Positions 1 through 11,180 of a stretch of DNA of 64,000 nt are shown piece after piece. How positions within the stretch are numbered: position 1 is the stretch's first letter; every line of letters begins with the position of its first letter. The notes beneath the pieces were generated by a model, which saw nothing but the letters and a program-made list of their open reading frames with translations, ran no database searches and was not told where the DNA came from. A program made the translations under genes and the position numbers. Source of the DNA: the human T2T-CHM13v2.0 reference genome, Homo sapiens; the NCBI RefSeq assembly GCF_009914755.1, contig NC_060932.1; one strand, written 5' to 3'.

Positions 1-44
1 ATATATATTATATATATATATTAAATTGTTGGCTGGGCACGGTG

Positions 45-113
<69 letters not shown>

Positions 114-128
114 CACATACACACACAC
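1..128. repeat. (TA)n/(CA)n compound microsatellite with a 20-bp Alu-head fragment (31-50)
   Basis: Visible TA and CA runs; GGCTGGGCACGGTGGCGCAT at 31-50 resembles the start of an Alu arm; the array runs into L1 sequence (CCCAGCACTGGAGCACCAGGA). Confidence 0.9.
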
Positions 129-3100
129 CCAGCACTGGAGCACCAGGATATTTAAAGAAAATATTATTACAGCTAGAGAGAGATAGGCCCCCCTACAGTA
201 AGAGCTGGAGACTTTAATTCTCCACTTTCAGCACTGAACAGATCTACCAGACAGAAAAACAACAAAGAAATATCAGACTTAATCTGCACTATAGATCAAA
301 TGGATCTAATAGATATTTACAGAACGTTTTATCCAAGAGCTGCAGAATACACATTCTTTTCCTCAGTCTGTGGGTCATTCTCAAGAATAGAGCATATGTT
401 AAGTCACAAAACAAGTCTTAAAACATTCAAAAATGGAAATAATATCAAACATCTCATCTGACCACAATGTAATAAACCTAGAAATTAGTATTAAGAGGAA
501 TTTTGGAAACTATGCAAATATATGAAAATTAAACCATATGCTCCTGAATGGCCAGTGGGTCAATGAAGAAATTAAGAAGGAAATTGAAATTTTTTTAAAC
601 AAATGATAAGGAAAACACAACATACCAAAACCTATGGGATACAGCAAAAGCAGTACCAAGAGGGAATTTTATGGCTATAAGTGCCTACATCAAAGAAAAA
701 AAAGGAAAATCTTCAAATAAAAAAATCTAATGATGCATCTTAAATAACTAGAAAAGCAAGAGCCAACCAAACCCCAAATTAGTAGAAGAAAAGAAATAAA
801 GATCAGAGCAGAAATAAATGAAAATGAAAAAAAGATCAATGAAACCAAAAGATGTTTTTTTGAAAAGTTAAACAAAATTGACAAACTTTTAGCTAGGCTA
901 AGAAAAGAGAAGATCCAAATAAATAAAACCAGAAATGAAAAAGAAGACATTACAACTGATACTTCAGAAATGCAAAGGATCATTAGTAGCCATTATGAAC
1001 AACTATTTGCCAATACATTTGAAAATCTAGAACAAATTTCTAGATACATACAACCTACCAAAATTAAACCAGAAAGAAATTCAAAACCTGAACAGACCAA
1101 TAACAGGTAATGAGATCAAAGACATCATACATCATCTCCCAGTAAACAAAAGCCTAAGACCTGGTGGCTTCACTGCTGCATTCTACCAAACATTTGAAGA
1201 ACTAATACCAATATTTCTCAAACTATTTTAAAAAATAGACAAGGAGGGAATACTTCCAAACTCATTATGCAAAGCCAGTATTACCCCGATACCAAAACTA
1301 GACAAAAAGAAAACCACAGGCCAATATCTCTGATAGATATTGATGCAAAAGTACTCAACAAAATACTAGTAAACGGAATTCAACAACACATTAGAAAGAT
1401 CATTCATCATGATGAACTGGGATTTATCCCTGGGATGCAAGGATGGTTCGACATATGCAAAGTAATCAATGTGATACATCATATCAACAGAATGAAGGAC
1501 AAAAACCATATGATTATTTCAATTGATGCTAAAAAAGCATATGACAAAATTCCACATCCCTTGATGATAAAAACCATCAAAAAAACTGAGGATAGAACGA
1601 ACATACCTCAACATAATAAAAACCGTATGCAACAGATCCACAGATAGTATCATACTGAATGGGAAAAAACTGAAGATCTAATATCTGGAACATGACAAGG
1701 ATGCTCACTCTTACCCTGTTATTCAACATAGTACTGAAAGTCCTAGCTGGAGCAGTCAGACTAGAGAAAGATATAAAGGGCATCCGAATTGGAAAGGAAG
1801 AGTCAAATTATCTTTGTTTGCAGGTGATCTGCTCTGATCTTTATTTCTTTTCTTCTACTAATTTGGGATTTGGTTGGCTCTTGCTTTTCTAGTTATTTAA
1901 GATGCATCATTAGATGTTTTTATTTGAAGTTTTGCCTTTTTTTTTCTTTGATGTATGCACTTATGGCCATAAACTTCCCTCTTAGTACTGCTTTTGCTGT
2001 ATCCCATAGGTTTTGGTATGTTGTGTTTTCATTATCATTTGTTTAAAAAAATTTCAATTTCCTTATTAATTTCTTCATTGACCCACTGGTCATTCAGGAG
2101 CATATGGTTTAATTTTGATATGCTTGATATGATGTTTTATTTGAAAAACCTGAAGACTCCACAAGAAAACTATTAGAATTGATAAACAAATTCATAGTTT
2201 CAGGATACAAAATACACATACAAAACCAGTAGTATTTCTATATGCCAATGGTGAAGAATGTGAAAAAGAAATATAAAAAGTAATCCCATTTATAGTAGCC
2301 ACACATAGAGGGATATGGCAATTATAAATGGGATTATTTTTAAAATTAATTTACTTAGAAATTAACTGATCCAAAGAAGTGAAAGATCTCTATAACAAAA
2401 ACTATAAAACACTGATGAAAGAAATTGAAGAGGACAACAAAAATGGAACAACATTCTATGTTAATAGATTGGAAGAATCAATATTGTTAAAATGTCCACA
2501 CCCAAAGCAATCAACAGATTCAATGAAATGTCTATCAAAGTACCAATGGAATTCTTCATAGAAATAGAAAAAAAAAATAAAATTCGTTTAGAACCACAAA
2601 AGACCCAGAATAGCCAAAGCTAGCCTAAGCAAAAAGAACAAAACTGTGGGAATCACATTACCTTACTTCAAGTTATACTGTAGAGCTATAGTAACCAAAA
2701 CAGCATGGCATAAAATCAGATACATAGACCAATAGAACAGAATAGAGAATGAGGAAGCAAATCCACACACTCCTTTTTGACAAAGATGCCAAGAACATAC
2801 ACTGGGGTAAAGACAGTCTGTTCAATAAATTGTGCTGGGAAAAATGGATATCCACCTGCAGAATAATGAAACTAGACCCCAATCGCTCACCATTTACAAA
2901 AACAAAATCAAAATGGATTAAAGACTTAAATCTAAGACCTCAGACTATGAAACTACTATAAGAAAGCACTGGGGAAAATCTCCAGGACAATGGTGTGAGC
3001 AAAAATTTTTTTAAGAAATACTGGATAAGCACAGGAAACCAAAGCCAAAATGGACAAATAGGATTACATCAAGTTAAAATGCTTCTGCACAGCAAAGGAT

Positions 3101-3893
3101 ACAATCAATAAAGTGAGGAGACAACCTATGGAATGGGAGAAAACATTTGCAAACTACCCATCTGAGGGATTAATAACCACAGTATATAAAAAGCTCAAAC
3201 AACTCTACATGAAAAAAAATTTTTAAATAGATGGGCAAAATATTTGAATAGACATTTCTCTAAAGAGGACATATGAATGGCAAACAGGCATATGAAAAGC
3301 TGCTCAACATAACTGATCATCAGAAAAATGCAAATCAAATCAAAACTACAATGGTTTATAGTTAAAATGGTTTAACCTCACCTCAGTTAAAATGGTTTAT
3401 ATCCAAAAGAAGCAATAACAAATGCTGGCATGGATGTGGAGAAAACGGAACACTTGTACACTGTTGGTGGGAATATAAATTAGCACAACCACTGTGGAGA
3501 ACAGTTTGCAGGTTTCTCAAAAAACTAAAAATTTAATAATATACGATTCAGCAATCCCACTGCTGGGTATAGAAAGGACATCACTATATCAATATGTATC
3601 AGTATATCAATGAAATATCTGCACTTCCATGTTTGTTGTAGCACTGTGCACAAAAGCTAAGATTTAAAAGCAACCTCAGTATTCATCAACAGATGAATGT
3701 ATAAAGCAAATGTGGTATATGTATGAAATACAGTAACATGGATGGAAGTAGAGATCCTTATGTTAAGTGAAATAAACCAGGGAGAGAAAGACACACATTA
3801 CATGTTTTCACTTATTTGTGGGATCTAAAAATCAAAACAATTGAACTCATGGATATAGAGTCTAGAAGGATGGTTACCAGGAGTTGGGGAAGG
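126..3893 (+). mobile_element. Degenerate LINE-1 (L1MA1/L1MA2-like), ORF2 through partial 3' UTR
   Basis: ORF2 fragments: [17 protein letters not shown]...[10 protein letters not shown] (1267-1647) and [21 protein letters not shown] (2749-2961); 3' UTR-like TTGTGGGATCTAAAAATCAAAACAATTGAACTCATGG; many stops and frameshifts. Confidence 0.92.
1828..2122 (-). repeat. Inverted copy of ~519-812 inserted within the same L1
   Basis: Its reverse complement aligns to 519-812 with few mismatches; the host ORF2 resumes after it (TTGTTTGCAGGTGAT ... TGATATGATGTTTTATTTGAAAAACC). Confidence 0.88.
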
Positions 3894-3994
3894 TAAGCAT
3901 GTGGGATTTATTTGTATCTTACTGCTCAAGGTCATCACCAAATTCTGATTTTTCACTCATGCAAAAATTCAAAAAATTGTAACCTCTGGCATAA
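3894..3994 (+). mobile_element. MER85 (piggyBac/PGBD3-derived MITE), truncated
   Basis: TAAGCATGTGGGATTTATTTGTATCTTACTGCTCAAGGTCATCACCAA...GCAAAAATTCAAAAAATTGTAACCTCTGGCATAA matches my recall of MER85; followed by TTAA at 3995-3998. Confidence 0.8.
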
Positions 3995-4399
3995 TTAATA
4001 TATTGAGCTAGATATTGGTAATTAACTTATTTTGTGAGATAATTCTGGCATGTTTTCTGGTCAAAAGACACTCACAGATTTTTGTTTATTTGTTTGTTTT
4101 GGTTATGTTTGAATTACAGACATCTTTGAATGGCAGAGACAGATAATTTTTTTGGAGCAGGATTATAAACATAATAACCCTGTGGGGCAAAGTTTGGGCA
4201 GAAAAGTGGGGGCAATTCTATAAGACATTATAACTACAAACTTGTTATTGGTGACTTGTAGGACAAACCACATCACCTGGGCTGCCCAAGATACCTTGCA
4301 ATGTGAGTTTCATTCAAGGTGGGAGTATCCCCAGGTGCCTTGCAGAAGCAAATGCCAATGTGCCATGAAGGAAGGCCTGCTAATATGACCTCAAAGAAT

Positions 4400-6360
4400 T
4401 CCTAAAAATAAATGGCCAAGGAAAAAGGGAAGCTGGCTACGAGCAAGGAAACAAAATAAGACAAAACAAAAATACTAGAAAGAGGAAATGACCTGCAAAG
4501 ATATCAAATTTGGGAGCTATCAGGAACATATTATTAAATATAGTACTTACTATGTTTGAAAGAAAATGTACTTGAAAAGATCTTCATGGTGCAGAAAACT
4601 ACAAAAGGACCAAAGAGATTTAAAAATTAATAAAATTGAATCTCTAATAAATAAAAGATAAAATAATTAAAAATAAAACTTAAAGAGTTAATGAATACAT
4701 TTACCATCTACTTAGATGAAGTAATGAGAACATTAGTGAACTACAAAATTGAATAAAATAAATTGTCCAGAGTATAAAATGGAGGTATGAAGAGAAGGGA
4801 ACTCTAAAGGAGATAAAAATCCACAGAGTACTATCATAAGAAAGTCCAACATATGTCTAATTGGAGTTCCAACAGGTGACAAAAGAGAAAAAGGAACATA
4901 AATTATATTGTAATAAATAATGCTTGAGGATTTTCTGGATATAGAGAATACATCAGTCCTCAGATGCTAGAAAAAAAATACACTTATAACTTGCTTCTGA
5001 GTACCAACAATAGCATCAGTGAATAGTGAAATGATATCCTCAATGTGCTGAATGAAAATGTGTCAACCTAGAATTTTATACTATGTAAAAGTAAATGTCA
5101 AAAATTAAGGTAAAGCAAAAACATCTTAAAACAAACAAAATAAAAAAAAATTCCCATTACCAGATTCTTATTAAAGGAAAATCTAAAAGATGTACTTCAA
5201 GGGGAAGCAAAGTGATTCTGAGGGAAACAGTAGATATTGTGAGAAAGAATGAATAATAAAAATGGTAAATATGTAGTAAGTCTAAATTATCTTTATACAC
5301 ACATCTAATAATGTTTTGATATTAAAAGGTACAAGATATAACTAATACAAACAACAACATATAAGTGAGTAGTAGTAGTAACTGAAATCCTTGAATTGTC
5401 AAAAAAAGAATATATTAACTGATTAATTTTTGACATTGACAAATTATGCATGTGTGTCATAATTTGTACACTAAGTCTAAGCAAAAATAATTTTCTTAGC
5501 TTGGTTTGTGCTGCTATAAAAGAATTCTACAGACTAGGTAATTTGTACAAAACAGAGATTTATTTCTTACAGTTCTGGAGGCTGGGAAGTCCAAGATGAA
5601 GCAAGGGCTGTTGTCAAGCAAGGACCTTCTTGCTGAATCATTCCATGGTGGAAAGCAGAAGCACAAAGTGCAAGAGAGCTGGGCAAACAAGAGGTGCTGA
5701 ACTCCCTTTTATAACAAACCCACTTTTGTGATAATGATATTAATTTATTCATGAAGGCAGAACCTTAATTATGTAATCACCTTTTAAAGGTTGCACTTCT
5801 CAACCCTGTCACATTGGGGATTAAGTTTTCAGCACAAGAACTTTGGGGGACACATTCAAAACATAGCAATTATAGAATCAGTGTTGAAGAGAAAAAAATA
5901 AACCATGAGAAAGATGTCTATTTAAACAAAAAACAACAACCAAAAGGAAAGAAAGAAGAAAAGAAAAACAAACAGGAAAAATGCATTGGAAGTGTGAAGT
6001 AAGATGGTATATGTAGACACAAATATATTAGTAATTAAACTAAATGTAAAAGGAATAAATATTTCATGTGAAAGTTAAAAAGAGTCCTGCATAAAAGTAT
6101 AAATTCCAATTATATACTATTTAAATGGTGGTATCTAAAATATCAGTAATGAAAAAAATTAAAACTTAAAAGATAAAATATAGTACAATGCCATCTAGTA
6201 TAACTATGTTAAGATGATAAAAAATAGACTTAAGCAAAAATTATTGCTAGACATAAAGGAGGTCATATAATAAAGCTACAGGAGTCACATTATTAGAATT
6301 ACATAAAAATTGTTATTTTATGGACATTATAACATAGTCTCAATAAATTCTTAATTGACA
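4400..6360 (+). mobile_element. Ancient L1M fragment (ORF1 to start of ORF2), interrupted by a MaLR LTR
   Basis: A-rich with ORF1-like motifs AAGTCCAACATATGTCTAATTGGAGTTCCA and TGTCAACCTAGAATTTTATA; boundaries approximate. Confidence 0.6.
5492..5868 (-). mobile_element. MaLR solo LTR (MST/MLT1A-like)
   Basis: CTTAGCTTGGTTTGTGCTGCTATAA...TTACAGTTCTGGAGGCTGGGAAGTCCAAGAT...GGGGGACACATTCAAAACATAGCA termini typical of MST/MLT1A. Confidence 0.82.
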
Positions 6361-6852
6361 GAGCCAATAACTTGTAAAACATTTTCTCAAGTCATGACAT
6401 CTAAATGAAAATGAATTCTTTATATGACATATTTATACTTTGAAAATTTTTTCATAACTTCAGAGGTTTATGATATTACATATATCATTAATCTTATTGC
6501 TAGGAAATATAATGAAAATGCCTTCCACTTAATTCATTAATCTTTGTTATTTATGCATATCAATCACAAAATTAGCTGATAAATTTTGCTTAAAACGATA
6601 ATAAATTGTTAGAGTTTTTTTAGTTTGTGTTTTGTTTTACCATTGCTGTAATGACTGGCCACATCTTGCTCTGCTGTAATTATGCTGAGTTAGCTCTTTT
6701 ATACTGATTTCCCTTCCAATTTGCTATGAGTATTTGTTTCCTCTTATTCACAATGTGGTCACATATTAATTATTTTGTTTCAAATAAAGGCATTTATTTA
6801 TCCAATAATTGAAGTCAGTGGAATAGCATTGTAACAATAGATTAAAACTGGA

Positions 6853-7069
6853 CACAAGGAGGAGAACAACACACACTGGGGCCTGTCAGTCGAGGGGGAA
6901 GGAGAGGGGAAGCATCAGGACAAACAAGTAATGGATGCAGGGCTTAAAACCTAGGTGATGGGTTGATAGGTACAGCAAACCAACATGGCACACGTATACC
7001 TATGTAACAAACTTGCACATTCTGCACATGTATCCCAGAACTTAAAGTAAAACGACAACAACAACAGCA
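6853..7069 (+). mobile_element. Short 5'-truncated L1PA 3' end, probably inserted in a MIR
   Basis: L1PA 3' UTR (CTAGGTGATGGGTTGATAGG...CCCAGAACTTAAAGTAAAA), (CAA)n tail, TSD AAAACTGGA at 6844-6852 and 7070-7078. Confidence 0.85.
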
Positions 7070-7432
7070 AAAACTGGATTTGGGATTTAACAAAAACAGG
7101 TACTTTAGATTTGGCAAGCTGTTTGATTTTGAGCGAGACCTCTCTGGACTACTATCACTTGAGATGCAAAATAAACATAAAAATGATTGCTGCCGCCGCC
7201 AATGATAAGTACCTCTACCCTCACTCCTAGGTCTATTTCCACTACCACCGTATACTGAGTTTCTGCAAGGTTTTTAAAAATTATTATTGATTCGTAAACA
7301 TTTTAACATATTGTAGATACCATATCTTTATCATTTATAAATCTCAAAAATGTCTGCTTGATGTTTGTAAACTGTCTTTTATGGGGTCATTTACCAAATG
7401 AATCGTTAATTTTAAATATAATTAGTTGTATT

Positions 7433-7726
7433 GGCTGGGCGTGGTGGCTCAAGCCGGTAATCCCAGCAATTTGGGAGGCCAAGGCGAGCAGATCACCTGA
7501 GGTCATGAGTGTGAGACCGCCTGGCCAACATGGCGAAACCCCGTCTCTACTAAAAATACAAAAATTAGCTGGGCGTGGTGACATGTGCCTGTAATCTTAG
7601 CTACTTGGGAGACTGAGGCAGGAGAATCACTTGAACCCGAAAGGCAGAGGTTTCAGTGAGCAGAGATGGTGCCGTTGCACTCCAGCCTGGGCAACAGAGC
7701 AAGACTCCATATCAAAAAAAAAGAAA
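7433..7726 (+). mobile_element. Alu (AluS)
   Basis: Dimeric Alu with TACTAAAAATACAAAAATTAG linker, poly-A tail, TSD AATTAGTTGT(A/G)TT. Confidence 0.96.
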
Positions 7727-7990
7727 ATTAGTTGTGTTATCATTTTCTTCTAGAGTTTGTGTTTTGTACCTTGTTAAAAGAAACTACATGAACTTTCTGT
7801 ATTCCCATTTATTTTATGAAATTTCCATTTGTTTAATATTTTTCTCTTCAAGTTTTTCATTTTTTTCTATGAAATATATCTTTAGTGCTAGAATTATTCC
7901 AGGGTTCTTATAATTTATATTTAGGGAATATAATCTTTTAAATTTTGTGTTCTTTCCTCCCTCTTTCCCCCAATTTATTGATACTCTCAT

Positions 7991-9210
7991 TATTTTAGGA
8001 TATTGATCTTGTTATCAGTCTTCCTGAACTCATTTCTAATAATTGTCTATACATTATTTCATGTTTGTTATATAGATGATCATATGATCTAAACATAATA
8101 CCCTTGTTTACATTTCTTTCCAACCTTTATGTCTCTTATTATTGTTTAATTTTTCTTATGTAACTGTATTGGATAAGACCTCAGTACAATTTGAAAACAG
8201 GTGGTCATAATCAACATTCTTGCTTTCTTTTTAAATTTAACAGAAATGCCCCTAACAAATCACTGCAAAGTATTAGGTTCTTGAGGGTGTTTGGCAAATC
8301 TTAGGTTTTCTATTATATCATACTGCTTTAAAAATTCACGCATTTATATTTATTTTAAAGAAAACAGGCAAACATTTTTGAGAGTGAGGTCATGGTGCCC
8401 TTTGGAAATCTGATGAAATACAGATTTCGTACATCAACACAAACATTTTGTGTATGATATAGGGACTCATAGATCTATTAAGTGTCCTCTATTGACTCAA
8501 TGTTAAGACATCTTGATTTTAAAAAATTGTTAAAACATCCAAGAAACACTTATTAAACACCCATTACATGGGGATAACTGTAAAATTCATGATCTGTATA
8601 TATTTTAGGATATTGATCTTGTTATCAGTCTTCCTGAACTCATTTCTAATAATTGTCTATACATTATTTCATGTTTGTTATATAGATGATCATATGATCT
8701 AAACATAATACCCTTGTTTACATTTCTTTCCAACCTTTATGTCTCTTATTATTGTTTAATTTTTCTTATGTAACTGTATTGGATAAGACCTCAGTACAAT
8801 TTGAAAACAGGTGGTCATAATCAACATTCTTGCTTTCTTTTTAAATTTAACAGAAATGCCCCTAACAAATCACTGCAAAGTATTAGGTTCTTGAGGGTGT
8901 TTGGCAAATCTTAGGTTTTCTATTATATCATACTGCTTTAAAAATTCACGCATTTATATTTATTTTAAAGAAAACAGGCAAACATTTTTGAGAGTGAGGT
9001 CATGGTGCCCTTTGGAAATCTGATGAAATACAGATTTCGTACATCAACACAAACATTTTGTGTATGATATAGGGACTCATAGATCTATTAAGTGTCCTCT
9101 ATTGACTCAATGTTAAGACATCTTGATTTTAAAAAATTGTTAAAACATCCAAGAAACACTTATTAAACACCCATTACATGGGGATAACTGTAAAATTCAT
9201 GATCTGTATA
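7991..9210. repeat. Perfect tandem duplication, 2 x 610 bp (7991-8600, 8601-9210)
   Basis: Both units start TATTTTAGGATATTGATCTT and end CATGATCTGTATA; no differences found on block-by-block reading. Confidence 0.95.
8375..8516. mobile_element. MER103C-like hAT-Charlie remnant (second copy ~8985-9126)
   Basis: GGTCATGGTGCCCTTTGGAAATCTGATGAAA...ACACAAACATTTTG...TGTTAAGACATCTTG resembles MER103C. Confidence 0.55.
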
Positions 9211-11107
9211 GTAAAGGTCATGTTGAAACCTCACACTCTAGATGCTGTTAGTATAAAACATAAACTAAACAAATGTTAAAATATGATTCATGCAATCTTT
9301 AAAAGGATATATGAATTCTTATCTCAGTGACTTTTTACAATGAACATTTTAGTAAAAGCTATGGTCTAATTTTAAACACCATTTAAAAAATTTTGTAAAA
9401 GTTTCAGATAACATGAATAAACACAAGGCTGACCAAATGAGAATGACTTCATTTACTAATAAATTACTTTGTATCTAACCTCTCTATTTCATTAGATTTT
9501 TTTCTGAATTTCACCATATTTTATCATATTACTCTGGTATATAACTTGAAAATCTTTATTTTGGTTCAGCTGGCATAATGGCACTCAGAGCTTTTTTATT
9601 AGCAGTTTTGCAAAACATGTCTCCAGGTCATTTTTCTCAAAATAAATAACAAATCCCTTAGGCTTTTTAAAAGAAGCTTTGTCTCCCTTTGCTTTCCAAA
9701 ATGTCGTTGACAACTTGAAAATAAATAAATGGATAAAATGCTTTGGTTGAACTGATTGTAGTGATGGACAAGGCACCTTCTGGAGGGAAGTATGGCCACA
9801 GGCCTGCTACACTAAAGATGGATTGAGAGTCTGGAACTTTATCTTACCTACAGTGCTTGTTGCCTCTCGGCATGAAGAGCAGATGATTATTTTTGCTGGA
9901 CCTCTTAGCTGCTTCTCAGGCCTCTTGCACATTTCACCGGTTTATATATGCTCAGAGAAGGCACTCTGCCTGAGGCTGGGTTAACCTCACTTTTTCCTGA
10001 ATATTTAAAAAGAGGATGTCAAATTGGTCAAAGTTTCTTTGGATATATTTCTATACCATTAATCTTTTGAAGTGAAATTACTTACACCTGTTTCCATGGA
10101 GGTTTCAGGAGAGAGTTTTTATTTCAAATGATTAATATATTCAGTGTCTTTATTAACATCGAAGGCTAAAAACAATACATAGATGACTCACTTTTAATCT
10201 AAATTTGCAGCAAGTTTTGGGCAAAGAATATCACTGAATTTGCATATTTATCTTTGCATATCAGTTCATATTTAATATGTGCAAGAAGATAAAAGGTTTG
10301 GGGGAAAGAACAAGTATTACTACAATATAATGAGAACAATCAGTGCATCTACTAAGAGGTAACATTAATTTCTAGAACTTAGGGAAACTCATCAATTGAT
10401 TGATTCTCAATATGTGGTCTTTGATATAGTTATGTTCAGTGTCAATCAGTTTTTTATCCAGAATTGGTAAAATTAGCTCTGTCAATTACAATGGAATCCA
10501 TTTTAAAGTATAATTCTGAGTTATTCCTCTACTAAATGTTTAATATTCATATAAACTATTGGATCATTAGTTCATGCCCAGTCTTGAACTTGATCTAAGA
10601 CGTGAAGCCTTGATCTTTTGTTTCATGAATATTTAATTGGACTGAATTCTTTTCCTTTTACAGTGTGAGTGAGAACGAAGTGTATTCTTTATTGCTAAAG
10701 TTATCCGTTGTGCTTGGCATTTTAATTTACTTTTCAAAACTTTTAACCAAGGACCATTTCAATTCCAATGAGCAAACTTTATCACACTTTTTCAGATGAT
10801 TACATTTTCTCTTTGAAGTTTTTTTTTTTAAATTCTTCTGAAGCTTGAGAATATTTCCCCTCTAGTTCTAGCTTACTAAACATGTCATTGAAGTCATAAA
10901 GAAATCATCCTTCTATGATTTGAGGACTAAGGTTGGTAGATGACTAACTACGAAAGAGTGTATCATACTACTAAAATATCTACTAGAAATTGTCAAGCGT
11001 GAGTCATCTTGATTTCTCTGATTAATAGTATATGTGACTTAACTAGAATTAAGCATATAAATATAAATTACTGTATCTTAGAAAGCGTTTAAAACAAGTT
11101 ACCAGCA

Positions 11108-11180
11108 AGGTAATAATTACCCTTTCCACCAATTTTTGTCTATGAGGTCATAACTACCCTTTCCCCCAATTTTTGTCTAT
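11108..11180. repeat. Imperfect ~37-bp tandem duplication
   Basis: ATAATTACCCTTTCCACCAATTTTTGTCTAT repeated as ATAACTACCCTTTCCCCCAATTTTTGTCTAT. Confidence 0.8.

Noticed and set aside
26-217. ORF with a YIYIYI repeat
   Set aside because: Translation of the (TA)n microsatellite plus Alu/L1 sequence.
10645-10670. Plus-strand acceptor almost adjacent to GTGAGT (CAG-T-GTGAGT), resembling a recursive splice site
   Set aside because: Recursive sites need AG|GT directly; there is an extra base and no other evidence for a plus-strand gene.
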